The position numbers were made by a program, and so were the translations under genes. Below, in pieces: positions 12,845 through 26,116 of a DNA stretch of 64,000 nt. The stretch's first letter is position 1; every line of letters starts with the position of its first letter. The notes beneath the pieces are model-generated. The model made no database searches. It was given only the letters and a program-made list of their open reading frames with translations, and was not told the origin of the DNA. This stretch comes from Haliotis cracherodii (taxonomy: Eukaryota). The stretch lies in the NCBI RefSeq assembly GCF_022045235.1, contig NW_027266330.1, forward strand, positions 496,001 through 560,000, in the 5' to 3' direction.

Positions 12845-13474
12845 GTCCCCCGTGTTGAACCGGGGCAGAATATTTCCACAGCCCCCCATTGCTGGTCATA
12901 TGAGGCGACTAAAATGGGCAACCTGTTTGCCGTGGGTTGCGTCCCTGTGTCGGCGGAAGACGGGAGTCTGGTAGTTGAGGGCACTGGTTCCTGGAACTGT
13001 GTTCCTTTGCCCAACACACTACTTTGACCCTTACTTCGCCTAGACGGGTGGTAAGATGGGCCCGGTCTTATCAATCGGCTGGTCATGCCAAGCCCTGTGC
13101 GTAATATTGTGTATGTACAACTACGTTGTATTTTGATGTATATTTTGGTCTTGGCCGTGAATAACTTGTGTGAATTCTCCATTTTGGATTGAATAAATTG
13201 CCTAGAGTCTTACGCCAGAAGGCAGTGGCTCATGGGCCAATCTGGTGATGTTGACCTCTGTATTCTGTATGTCTCCAGTTTCTTGTCATGGACTGAACCT
13301 TCCTGGCACTACATCTGGTAGATAAATATAGCTATTCACGTCATATTTGCTGGAGTATACCATCCCTGTATCCCTGGTGTTTGCATCGTGGATCTCTGGT
13401 GCAATATGACACTGTCCTTGTTGACACTCGATGGCGGGTGGGGAACAGGAGTGCTGAATCTTTTCCTTTTCAAC

Positions 13475-14699
13475 ATGGCTCTCCCACAATCTGGTTCATC
13501 TCGTAATGAAAAAAGGAGACGTCTTGAGAAAATTGAAATTTCAGCTGGAAATCGTTCTCAAAATATTGATTCCTGGGCTAAATTCCTGGTGATTGAGGCT
13601 ACTGATAACCTACCCATCAAATTGAATCCTTTTGCTGTTTCTAAGGCTGTATCCGGGATTTGCGGTGAAGACAAGAACGTCACCCGTCTCCGTAGTGGTT
13701 CGCTTCTTGTGGAGTGTGCACGGAGACAGCAATCTCTCAATCTTTTATCTATCTCTACATTTGCCAATATTGAGGTTGCTGTGTCTGTGCACAGAACATT
13801 AGATTCTTGTTGAGGAAATTCGTGACAGGGCTCGTTGTCTGTCCGACATGTCTGAAGAAGAAATCGCTACGGAGTTGGCAGACCAGGCTCTTACTGCGGT
13901 TAAAGCTTTCACGATAAAGAAAGATGGTGTCGTCACAAAAAAAAATACTTATCTCATGACGTTTGCCCGTACTTCTCTTCTCCAGTCAATTAAAGCTGGT
14001 TATTTCCACATCGGAGTGGATGTGTATGTCCCCAATCCGCTCCGATGCTACAAGTGCCAACATTTCGGTCATGGTTCCAAATCTTGTCATAACTCTGTGA
14101 TATGTCATCGTTGTGGTGACAATCATGAGAGCACTGACTGTAATCATGATTTGAAATGTGCTAACTGTTCTGGCTCACATGTTGCTTCATCTAAATCTTG
14201 CCCCGTGTGGCAAATGGAATCTAAAATCATGAAACTAAAATGTGAAAGTAACATCTCCTACGTGGATGCAAAAAAACTCATCAAAGAGCAGACAACAACT
14301 CAATCTACTATTTCTTACTCTGCTGCAGTATCCCGCCCAGCAGCAACATCATCCATTTCGTGTCAGACTGACTTGACATGGGTCAAGTCAGAAGAACCTG
14401 TTGCTACTGTTCAAATCCATCGACCTATTCCTGCCACTCAATCTAGTTCAGGATCTCAGACTGAGATTCAGCCTGAGAAACATTCTCAAACGTCTATGAC
14501 AGAACCAGTAACTCAGTCAAAAAAAGGGAAAAAGAAATTGAATAGAAAACAAGCACCGATCGTCCCTTCACTTTCAGAGGTTCCTTTACAGAATTCATTT
14601 GGGCCTCTGGACATGGAGGTTACTCTGTCCTCACAAGACAGGCGGAGGAGTAGTTCCTCCTCACATTCACGAGAGCGATCTCCAATTGAGCCACCATGA
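13475..14699 (+). pseudogene. LINE ORF1 (gag-like nucleic-acid-binding protein), disrupted
   Basis: LRSGSLLVEC, PNPLRCYKCQHFGH, CHRCGDNH, CANCSGSH motifs; TGA plus frameshift near 13811-13820. Confidence 0.88.
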
Positions 14700-17600
14700 C
14701 TCAATTGTCCATCATAATCCAGTGGAATTGCAGAGGACTTAGGCATAATTTTAATGAGATACAATTATTAATACAGGATTTTCAACCGTCAGCATTGTGT
14801 CTTCAGGAAACATTCCTGAAAACTACAGATCAGTTCACCTTACGAAAGTACAATGACTATCATTCATTTTCTCCTCCAGGAGATAAAGCAACGGGAGGTT
14901 CTACTATTTTGGTGCGACAGGGAATAATACATAGTCCTGTCCCTCTACATACCAATCTTCAAACTGTTGCTGTTCGTCTGACTCTGCACATTGCTTTTAC
15001 GCTGTGCTCTTTGTATATCCCTCCTTCTTCTGATCTTCGAAAGTCTGATCTTCAAAATCTATATGACCAGCTCCCAAAGCCCTGTATCATCATGGGTGAT
15101 CTGAACGGACACAACCCGCTTTGGGGAAGTGCAAATACAAGTTCTAAAGGAAAAGTCATTGAGGAATTTATTTCTGACAACAACCTGTGTATATTTAATG
15201 ATGATTCTGCCACATATTTACATCCAGCCACGGGCTCGTATTCTGCCCTCGATCTGTCACTCACAGACTCAAACTTGTATAATGAATTTGCATGGTCAGT
15301 CCATGATGACCTCTGCGGGAGTGATCATTTTCCCATTATACTTAAAACTGTTAATCCTACTGATGAGCCACCATCATGTAGGTGGAACTTTGCCAAGGCT
15401 AATTGGTCCTTATATGAGGTACTGTGTACTGACAAAATAAAACATGATATTTTCCAGAATATTCCAGATCCGATACAGTTGTTTTCGGATTTACTGAATG
15501 ACATTGCTGACCAAACCATTCCTAAGTCCTCTGCGAATTCCCATATTCGTAAACCATGGTTTACTAATGACTGCCAACAGGCCAGAAAGTGTAGGAAGAA
15601 AGCAGAAAAATATTTTTGCCGACATCCTACAGTCCATAATTTGAATAGAGTTAAAATTACAAATGCCAAGGCACGACGTGCTTTTAAACAGAATAAGTGT
15701 CAATCTTGGAGGAACTATGTCTCCAAAATAAATTCCCGTACGCCCATGTCCAAGGTGTGGAACATGGATCAGAAAATAAAAGGCAAAGGCTCAAAATCTT
15801 ATGTTCATCATCTTAAGGATGATGACACGTTATTAACGGATAAAACTGACATTGCAAATAGGCTTGGAGAAACGTTGGCAAAACATTCTTCAACATCAAA
15901 TTATGTCCCGGAGTTTCAAAAAATTAAGAAACAACAGGAAAAGATCAAAGTAAATTTCACTTCTGATAATGGTGAAGACTATAATGAAGTCTTCTCATTA
16001 CATGAGCTACACACCGCCCTTGGGCAAGCTCATGACACAGCAACGGGAGCTGACAATATACATTATCAGCTTTTAAAACATTTACCTGAATCATGTCTTG
16101 AGACACTTTTAGATATATTTGATCAAATATGGACATCTGGGAATTTTCCTCCATGGCATAATGCCATTGTAGTTCCAATACCAAAGCCTGGCCAGGATCA
16201 TACTGATCCCTCTAACTATAGACCTATATGCTTAACAAGTTGCGTGTGTAAAACCATGGAACGAATGGTGAATAATAGATTAATTTGGTATCTGGAAACC
16301 AATAATCTCATTACAAATATACAATGTGGTTTCCGAAAAAATCGAAGTACTATCGACCATTTAGTACGCTTAGAATCCTTTGTGAAAAATGCTATTGTAA
16401 ACAAACAGCATGTAGTGTCAGTCTTTTTTTATCTTGAAAAGGCCTATGATACTACTGGGAAGCACGGCATTCTAAAGGATTTACATGATTTTGGTTTGAG
16501 AGGCCGTTTGCCTCATTTTATATCACAGTTTTTAACAGACAGACAATTTCAAGTCCGAGTGGGTTCAACCCTGTCTGACCATTATACTCAGGATCAGGGT
16601 GTCCCACAAGGCAGTATTTTGTCCGTAACATTATTTAGTATCAAGATAAACAGTCTGTCAAAAGTTTTGAATGATTCAGTTGATGGGTCGTTATTTGTGG
16701 ACGATTTTAACATTTCTTGTCGCGGGAAAAACATGAACACTATTGAGAGACAATTGCAGTTGTGTCTCAATAAAATCCAGAAATGGTCGCTTGCTAACGG
16801 CTTTAAATTTTCTAAAACAAAAACTAATTGTATCCACTTCTGCAGGAAATATAGACAGCACAAGGACCCAGAACTATTTCTATCTGACACACCCATTAAG
16901 GTAGTTGAGGAGACCAAGTTCTTGGGGCTTATTTTTGACCGCCACCTGACATTCTTGCCACATATAAAATATCTCAAGGCAAAGTGCCTGAAAGCATTAG
17001 ACTTATTGAAAGTCGTCCCTAACTCTAAGTGGGGCGGGGATCAGACAACCCTTCTCCATTTCTACAGATCTTTGATCCGCTCAAAATTAGACTATGGCTC
17101 CATCATTTATGGTGGAGCCTGTCAAAGTAACTTACAAAAACTGGACTCAATTCATCACCAGGGCTTGAGGCTCTGTCTTGGAGCTTTCAGGACCTCTCCT
17201 GTTGACAGTCTCTATGTGGAGGCTGATGAACCTTCATTAAAACAACGCTGTTTAAAACTTGCTTTACAATATATCTCAAAATTAAAATCAAATCCGTCCA
17301 ATCCAGCCTATGATTGCATATTTAATCCTCCCTACGAGGACTTATTCCATACAAAACCGAAGCTTGTTCCTCCGTTAGGGATTAGAATAAAACCTCATAT
17401 TATAGCAGCAAAAATTGACCTTGATTTTGTTGCACCATACCGTTTACTCTCTACACCTCCTTGGCAACTAGTCCACCCCGTTGTAGACATCACACTCACT
17501 AATTTTTAAAAATCAGACACAAATCAGTTGGTCTTTCAGCAAGAATATATCCAGTTGAGATCAACGTACGATTCTCACCGCTCCATTTTCACTGATGGAT

Positions 17601-18382
17601 CCAAGGATGGTGGCAAAGTTGCCAGTGCTACCATCGTTGGGTCAAAAACTATTTCTTCCAGGTTACCAAACAATTGTTCTATCTTTACTGCTGAGGCCAA
17701 GGCTATTCAAACAGCTTTGGAATATATTCAGACACAAAATATCTGCAAAAACTACATCATCCTCTCTGATTCTTTGTCATGTCTACAGGCTTTAAAAAAT
17801 GTCCACTCAAGTCATCCACTCATTCTTGATATTTTAGAATTACACAATACTCTTGCCACTGGCCAATACGACATCGTCTATTGCTGGTTACCCAGTCATG
17901 TTGGAATCACGGGTAACTCTATGGCTGATGCTGCAGCAAAAGCAGCTCTAAACAAATCTGTGACCCCACTTCTTCTACCATACAGCGACTACAAACCTTT
18001 AATTAGATGCTATATCAAAGACCTTATGCAAAAGAAGTGGGACACCCAAGTAGGTACAAATAAATTACATGCAATAAAACCAACTATCGGTTACACCTAC
18101 TTGGGTTGTCAGACCAGATTTGAGGAGGTCATTTTACGACGATGTCGTATTGGCCATAGCAGATACACTCACGAATATTTGTTGAAAGGTGAAGATCCTC
18201 CATTTTGTATCCCTTGTGATGACAGAATCACGGTCAAGCATGTGTTGCTTGACTGTGTTGATTTTGCCATCACAAGGGATAAATATTTCAAATCATCATA
18301 TCTCAAGGATCTTTTTTATAATATTAATTCTCATTTAGTTATTGGGTTTTTAAAAGAGATAGAATTGTTTCACAAATTTTGA
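14696..18382 (+). pseudogene. LINE ORF2 (AP endonuclease - reverse transcriptase - RNase H - CCHC), one nonsense mutation
   Basis: QWNCRG, GDLNGH, SDHFP; NYRPI, PQGS, LFVDD; FTDGS, DSLS, WLPSHVGITGN; CIPC..H..C. In-frame TAA at 17507-17509. RT motif FFYLEKAYD has Y in place of the catalytic D. ATGA overlap with the ORF1 stop. Confidence 0.92.
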
Positions 18383-19260
18383 TGATATATATTGTTTAAA
18401 ATGAATGACCTTTTAAGAATTAGTAGAACGAAATTATATCTGAGTTTGTTACTGGCAGTATCCTCAAAGGGGGTTGACGTAGTGTAAAACTATTGTCCCC
18501 CTGAGAGGATATTGTAAGTCCATGTCATTCAAAGAATATTTCTGGATACTAGTGTTTTAAACGTAGAATATTTGTCTTTTTACTTGTGGCTAACTTTGCA
18601 AACAATCGCCAGTTGCTGAGGGTATGATGTAAATCCTGCTGGGGTTCATGCAGGTAGCAAAGGTACTGTAAGTCCCCATGGTCCCCAGTATGGTGGTCTG
18701 CCTTCAGTTGCTGACGATCTATAGCCCGTTTTTAAATTGTGTCGTTTGTTATAATCTGCTTATTTTATTGTTCTGAAACTAGTTTTACAATTAGAATCTG
18801 TGATATTTTGCTAGTTGTTATACTGTCCGTCGACGACAGGATTTAATATATTATATAAATACATGACTTGCTCAAGTCACGATATGGCTGAAATAGTGCC
18901 GATGTGACTTAAAACTTAACTCACTCACTCACTCTTGTCTGACTGCTGTCCAAATCTGTATTATTCTTAATCACACAGTCTCCAAAACAAGTAAACAAAT
19001 ATGATGATGTGTAATGATTCTGTGTGCACTTGACGTAAATACTCCAGTATAACATATATTGCTTTTATTCACAGACTTAGATTGAAACTGTTTTATCATT
19101 ATTATCATCATTGATATCTTTTGATGCTTGCTTGAATATACACAGCTCTCTCCTCCTCTCTTGTTTCAAGGATGAGGTCTCATCCATAGAAAACACACAT
19201 TGCCTTATAGGTGTACCAATCTTTCAGGTCAAACTTAGACGAAGTGGGTCGATACCAAAT

Positions 19261-19612
19261 GTCTTTGTGTGTGTCTGTGTCTCCCTGTGTGCGTGTTTGT
19301 GTGTGCATATGTGTGTGTATGTGTGTGTGCCTGTGTGTGTCTGTCTCTGGGTGTGTCTGTGCATGCATCTGAGAGTCTGTGTATGAGAATGTCTGTGTGT
19401 GTGTCTGCCTCTGGGTGTGTGTCTGTGCATGCATCTGACAGTCTGTGTATGGGAATGTCTGTGTGTGTGTCTGTCTCTGGGTGTGTGTCTGTGAATGCAT
19501 CTGAGAGTATGTGTATGAGAATGTCTGTGTGTGTGTCTGTCTCTGGGTGTGTGTCTGTGTATGCATTTGAGAGTATGTGTATGAGAATGTCTGTGTGTTT
19601 GTCTGTGTGCAA
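19261..19612. repeat. GT-rich compound microsatellite with ~64-bp higher-order unit
   Basis: Repeated TGTGTGTCTG...GCATCTGAGAGT...ATGAGAATG blocks. Confidence 0.85.
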
Positions 19613-19848
19613 GATTTGGGTATAAGGGTGTTAAAGATTAAGCGTATGGATGTGTGCAAGATTTGGGTATGAGGGTGTTGAAGATTAAGCGTATGAATAT
19701 GTGGAAGAGATTGTCAGGGAGTGTGTTAGAGCGTGTGTATGTTCAAAAGTATGCTTTTATAAATGCGTGCAGGGGTGCGTAGGACGTAATATAAGATCCA
19801 GTGACCCGTTGGTCGCTCGTTGTACACACATCCTTCAACATTACTCAC

Positions 19849-19993
19849 TGACAGGTCCCGGGGGACAAGACCCCACAGCTGTAGTTTCTGTTTCCCTGTG
19901 TGGACAGCGTCCGTCGCTCACTCCGTGACACTGAACCAGGACACCGTAGTGTATTTATAGCGCGTACCACACAACTACACAGTAGAACATCAT
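19849..19993 (-). pseudogene. Possible decayed signal-peptide first exon
   Basis: MMFYCVVVWYAL*IHYGVLVQCHGVSDGRCPHRETETTAVGSCPPGPV followed by a phase-1 GTGAGT donor; one in-frame TAA. Confidence 0.33.
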
Positions 19994-20061
19994 ATCCGCT
20001 TCAGTTACCAGTTGCTGCAATGTTTAAGCTTGTTGGGCAATTTGAATGAGAAGAAAGTGTC

Positions 20062-20258
20062 GCATTAGTTTGTTTTTCGCCGCGCTCAGCAATATCCCAG
20101 CTATATGACGGCTGTCTGTTAATAATCGTGTCAGGACCAGACAACCCAGTGCTGGGCATCATGAGCATCGATCCATGCAATTTGGATACAATGACATGCA
20201 TCAACCAAGTCAGCCAGTCTGACCAGCCGATCACGTTAGTCGCCTCTTACAACAAGCG
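20062..20258 (-). mobile_element. Short non-autonomous retroposon (family also at 24500 and 25240)
   Basis: Reverse strand carries GCTTGTTGTAAGAGGCGACTAA...GTCAG.CT.GCTGACTTGGTTGA...TTGTCTGGTCC...CATATAGCTGGGATATTGCTGAG. Confidence 0.75.
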
Positions 20259-20349
20259 TGGTCACATTAGTATCGTAGTCATACATAACCACCAGGTACA
20301 ACCTGAGAGAAGACTTGATTCTACTCTTGAAGTGCGGATTGCCATTACT

Positions 20350-23300
20350 TGACCATGTGATTGTCAAATATTCCTTCATACGGGATGGCATGGTCAGAAT
20401 CAATCTCCCAATGGCAATTTGAGGGAGTCTTGTCCACTACATGTGCAGCGCCTGGTCCGGTTCGGTTGCCGTATTGGGCGGCCTTTGACGTCGGCGTTCA
20501 CGTCTCCTGATCATGTCCCAGACGTGATCTATGGGGTAAGGTCAGGACACATGGATGGCCATTGAGATCTATGGGGTGAGGTCAGGGCATATAGATGGCC
20601 ATTGTGATCTATGGGGTAAGGTCAGGACACATGGATGGTCATTGTGATCTATGGGGTAAGGTCAGGACACATGGATGGTCATTGTGATCTATGGGGTAAG
20701 GTCAGGACACATGGATGGCCATTGTGATCTATTGGGTAAGGTCAGGACACATGGATGGTCATTGTGATCTATGGGGTAAGGTCAGGACACATGGATGGTC
20801 ATTATGATCTATGGGGTAAGGTCAAGACACATGGATGGTCATTGTGTTCTATGGGGTAGGGTCAGGACACATGGATGGCCATTGTGATCTATGGGGTAAG
20901 GTCAGGACACATGGATGGCCATTGTGATCTATTGGGTAAGGTCAGGACAAATGGATGGTCATTGTGATCTATCGGGTGAGGTCAGGACACATGGATGGCC
21001 ATTGTGATCTATGGGGTAAGGTCAGGACACATGGATGGCCATTGTGATCTATTGGGTAAGGTCAAGACACATGGGTGGCCATTGTGATCTATGGGGTGAG
21101 GTCAGGACACATGGGTGGCCATTTTGATGTATTGGGTAAGGTCAGGACACATGAATGGCCATTGTGTTCTATGGGGTGAGGTCAGGACACATGGATGGTC
21201 ATTGTGATCTATGGGGTAAGGTCAGGACACATGGATGGTCATTGTGATCTATGGGGTGAGGTCAGGACTCATGGATGGCCATTGTGATCTATTGGGTAAG
21301 GTCAAGACACATGGATGGCCATTGTGATCTATTGGGTAAGGTCAAGTCACATGGATGGCCATTGTGATGTATTGGGTTAAGGTCAGCACACATGGATGGC
21401 CATTGTGATCTATTGGGCAAGGTCAAGACACATGGGTGGTCATTGTGACCTATTGGGTAAGGTCAGGACACATGGATGGCCATTGTGATCTATGGGGTAA
21501 GGTCAAGACACATGGATGGCCATTGTGATCTATTGGGTAAGGTCAGGACACATGGATGGCCATTGTGATCTATGGGGTAAGGTCAGGACACATGGATGGC
21601 CATTGTGATCTATTGGGTAAGGTCAGGACACATAGATGGTCATTGTGATCTATGGGGTAAGGTCAGGACAAATGGATGGTCATTGTGATCTATCGGGTGA
21701 GGTCAGGACACATGGATGGCCATTGTGATCTATGGGGTAAGGTCAGGACACATGGATGGCCATTGTGATCTATTGGGTAAGGTCAAGACACATGGATGGT
21801 CATTGTGATCTATGGGGTAAGGTCAGGACACATGGATGGCCATTGTGATGTATTGGGTAAGGTCAGGACACATGGATGGTCATTGTGATCTATGGGGTAA
21901 GGTCAAGATACATGGATGGTCATTGTGATCTATGGGGTAAGGTCAAGACACATGGATGGCCATTGTGATCTATCGGGTGAGGTCAGGACACATGGATGGC
22001 CATTGTGATCTATGGGGTAAGGTCAGGACACATGGATGGCCATTGTGATCTGTGGGGTAAGGTCAAGACACATGGATGGCCATTGTGTTCTGTGGGGTAA
22101 GGTCAGGACACATGGATGGTCATTGTGATCTATTGGGTAAGATCAAGACACATGGATGGCCATTGTGATCTATGGGGTAAGGTCAGGACAAATGGATGGC
22201 CATTTCGTTCTGTGGGGTAAGGTCAGGACACATGGGTGGTCATTGTGATCTATGGGGTAAGGTCAAGACACATGGATGGTCATTGTGATCTATGGGGTAA
22301 GGTCAGGACACATGGATGGCCATTGTGATCTATGGGGTAAGGTCAAGACACATGGATGGTCATTGTGATCTATGGGGTAAGGTTAGGACACATGGATGGC
22401 CATTGTGATCTATTGGGTAAGGTCAAGACACATGGATGGTCATTGTGATCTATGGGGTAAGGTCAGGACACATGGATGGCCATTGTGATGTATTGGGTAA
22501 GGTCAGGACACATGGATGGTCATTGTGATCTATGGGGTAAGGTCAAGATACATGGATGGTCATTGTGATCTATGGGGTAAGGTCAAGACAAATGGATGGC
22601 CATTGTGATCTATCGGGTGAGGTCAGGACACATGGATGGCCATTGTGATCTATGGGGTAAGGTCAGGACACATGGATGGCCATTGTGATCTGTGGGGTAA
22701 GGTCAAGACACATGGATGGCCATTGTGTTCTGTGGGGTAAGGTCAGGACACATGGATGGTCGTTGTGATCTATTGGGTAAGGTCAAGACACATGGATGGC
22801 CATTGTGATCTATTGGGTAAGGTCAGGACAAATGGATGGCCATTTCGTTCTGTGGGGTAAGGTCAGGACACATGGATGGCCATTGTGATCTATGGGGTAA
22901 GGTCAAGACACATGGATGGTCATTGTGATCTATGGGGTAAGGTCAGGACACATGGATGGCCATTGTGATCTATGGGGTAAGGTCAAGACACATGGATGGT
23001 CATTGTGATCTATGGGGTAAGGTTAGGACACATGGATGGCCATTGTGATCTATTGGGTAAGGTCAAGACACATGGATGGCTATTGTGTTCTGTGGGGTAA
23101 GGTCAGGACACATGGATGGCCATTGTGTTCTGTGGGGTAAGGTCAAGCCACATGGATAGCCATTGTGTTCTGTGGGGTAAGGTCAGGACACATGGATGGT
23201 CATTGTGATCTATGGGGTAAGGTCAAGACACATGGATGGCCATTGTGATCTATTGGGTAAGGTCAGGACACATAGATGGTCATTGTGATCTATGGGGTAA

Positions 23301-23720
23301 GGTCAGGACACATGGATGGTCATTGTGATCTATGGGGTAAGGTCAGGACACATGGATGGCCATTGTGTTCTGTGGGGTAAGGTCAGGACTCATGGATGTC
23401 CATTGTTATGTATTGGGTAAGGTCAGGACACATGGATGGCCATTGTGATGTATTGGGTAAGGTCAGGACACATGGATGGCCATTGTGATGTATTTGGTAA
23501 GGTCAGGACACATGGATGGCCATTGTGATGTATTGGGTAAGGTCAGGACACATGGATGGCCATTGTGATTAATGGGGTAAGGTCAGGACACATGGATGGC
23601 CATTGTGATCTATGGGGTAAGGTCAGAACACATGGGTGGCCATTGCATTCTGCTGATGTTTTGCTGTTGGAAGTCGTCATATTTTGTACGTGCAGGGTGG
23701 CCAAAGAGTGGAGAGCTTAC
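20350..23720 (-). mobile_element. Decayed Tc1 transposase C-terminal fragment split by the 40-bp array
   Basis: Upstream flank HPARTKYDDFQQQNISRMQWP; downstream flank HVWDMIRRRERRRQRPPNTATEPDQALHM*WTRLPQIAIGRLILTMPSR, colinear with the transposase at 3400-3700. Confidence 0.8.
20524..23645. repeat. 40-bp minisatellite, about 78 copies
   Basis: Unit GTGATCTATGGGGTAAGGTCAGGACACATGGATGGCCATT, period 40. Confidence 0.98.
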
Positions 23721-24494
23721 GTGTTATTGTGAATAATGACAATTAACAATACTAACTGCTCAGAGCGATTTGACCACCTTTCACTGAAGTATCAAAATTA
23801 AGAGTGATCCCCTATCCACGTGCAACGAGGAATTGCATGTATCTCTGGCGGATGATTATTCAAAGTTGATCTTTCTTCTGACGGCCGATCATAACATATT
23901 TTATATTTAATGACTCCCTATTTGTTGTGGAGGGAAGATATACACAAACATCACCAAGTAAGAAACAATTGCATCTTACTTTAAACCCGGTTCACTGTAG
24001 GTGATGGGAGCCCGAGAGACGATCGACTTGTCGTGTTGGTTATCTGAATTCATTCCAGTAAAACATGTCAACAGGCCTAGCTACTCCGCGTCTTGGGATG
24101 AATGCACAGTGGCTCCGCATGTACCGCTGTATTCAGTGTCTGTCTGGAGTATATTATCCATCTGGGAGCAGTTTTGCAGAGACTTGTTGCACAGTGCTAC
24201 CGACAAACCCATTTGAATGATCAAATAGTGAAAAAAATAGTCCTGTCCGCATGTGATGTAATTAAATACTGTTTAATAAAGTTGTATTGTTTTTTTTAAC
24301 GGGGGAGCACGGGGGAGTAATAAGATATCAAGAAACGGGAATTAAATCTAAAATAGTTCAGTGGTCTCTGTATTTCTTTGCAGCGATGTTATGTTCGCTG
24401 GAAGTGATGCGGTTCAATGTTTACATTTAGCTCATGTTGTATTCAATCCCACTTCGATCACATCAAGGTCTCCTCGAAGATCATGCCTGAACTT

Positions 24495-24695
24495 ATCTTC
24501 AGCAACTGCTTGTCGTAAGAGGCGACTAACGGGATCGGGTGGTCAGGCTCGCTGACTTGGTTGAAGCATGTCAGTGTATCCCAATTGCGTGGATTGATGC
24601 TCATGATGTCAATCATTCGATTGTCTGGTCCAGACTCGGTTATTTATAGAACATGATCATATAGCTTGAATACTGCTGACTGCGGCGTTAACCAG
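24495..24695 (+). mobile_element. Short non-autonomous retroposon copy
   Basis: GCTTGTCGTAAGAGGCGACTAACGGGATCGGGTGGTCAGGCTCGCTGACTTGGTTGA...CATATAGCTTGAATACTGCTGACTGCGGCGTTAA. Confidence 0.78.
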
Positions 24696-25234
24696 GAAGC
24701 TAACATGTTCAGGGCACGTCGACATGACTATATTTTCCTGATTTTATCATAACTACATTTGATCGACATAGCTGAACCTCAAAGCTTCAAACGCTTTCTG
24801 TGGTAACTTGTTTAGCTCCATGTCAAACGACGTATTTAGCTGTAAGACCACATTCAGATGACTTTCGACATGTCAAAGCACTTATATAGGACGTCCTCCT
24901 CGGTGAACACAGTGTTGGCAAGAACTGGTTGACAAGTTGACACTAACACTGACTTCAGACACGCAGGACAAATAATGAAATGATTCGTGTGTATGTTCAA
25001 CAGTTCATATTCATACGTTATGACGTCAGATGAGTTCAAGAGCTGCTGCGCGACAAGGACACAGCAGCCAGCATCGTTCAAACATGGTGGAGGGGAGGTA
25101 ACTCTGCTAGCACTGCATGTCGCTGTATCAATAGTTTCTTTGTGGTATCAGCTTCATTCCAATCACCTATCTGTCTGTGTAGTGGCTGGATTATGTGTGT
25201 GGGGGATAGAGTAGGTTATGTTGCTCGTGTGTTG

Positions 25235-25435
25235 TTTGTGGCGGTCTGTAAATAATTGAGTTTGGACCAGACAAGCGCGTGATTGATATCATGAGCATAG
25301 ATCCACGCAATTATGATACGATGACGTGCATCAACCAAGTCAGCGAGCCTGACTTACCGATCCTCGTTATCTGCTAACGGGATCGGGTGGTCAGGCTCGC
25401 TGACTTTGTTGATAGATGTCATGGTCCAAATTGCC
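25235..25435. mobile_element. Two head-to-head fragments of the same short retroposon
   Basis: Minus-strand copy at ~25235-25369 and plus-strand copy at ~25375-25435 form an inverted repeat. Confidence 0.7.
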
Positions 25436-26116
25436 ACGTCACAATTGACTAAATACGCTGGGATTTGAAGCCAGGTAATAGTTGGTTTGTTCATGTAATG
25501 ACACATTGTGTTGACAACAAACTTTAATCTACCTGATGCTGCAACAACATGCAACCAGAGACTAAAAACACACTTACTGCCTCAATGATACATAGAGAAT
25601 CTCACGAGGGTGAGATTTTATTTATCATCCAACATCATTCTTCCAACTTTTTCAATTTGTAGACAGTAATAAGCAGTGTTTTCAGTGTAAAAAGTACTGC
25701 TAACAGCTTCAGTAGCAGCGCCATTAGTGATGTCATTTGATTGTGACGTCATGGTAACCAGTGATGTCACAATGGTCTGCAAAGCATTGTGATGTAATTT
25801 CATTGCAGCGATATCTACAGTGTAGAAATCGCTCAATCTAGCGATATCGATATCTCCTTGGGGAGCCAGTTTTGGATGATGAAGTTTATTGGAATACAAT
25901 TTCATTAACTTGATTCGTGTTGGAAGCCAGATTGTTCACTGTTGCATAAATTTGAATCACTGTATGAATTCATCACTATCACTAACAGATGGCGGACAAA
26001 ATGGAAGATACTTTGGATGCGGCGTTTTGGTACAGATGTCAGTACCAGTATGAAACAAGTGATCAACAACTTGTCAGGACTTGGTTATATAACTATAGAT
26101 CAAAGGAACCAAACAA

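Larger units (their letters stand above)
12790..18932 (+). mobile_element. Full-length I-group (Nimb/I-like) non-LTR retrotransposon, about 6.1 kb
   Basis: TSD TCTTGTCTGACTG at 12777-12789 and 18933-18945; (ACTC)n 3' tail; ORF1 with three CCHC knuckles; ORF2 with APE, RT, RNase H and CCHC. Confidence 0.93.

Noticed and set aside
19111-19659. His/Thr- and Cys/Val-rich ORFs
   Set aside because: Translations of a GT microsatellite.
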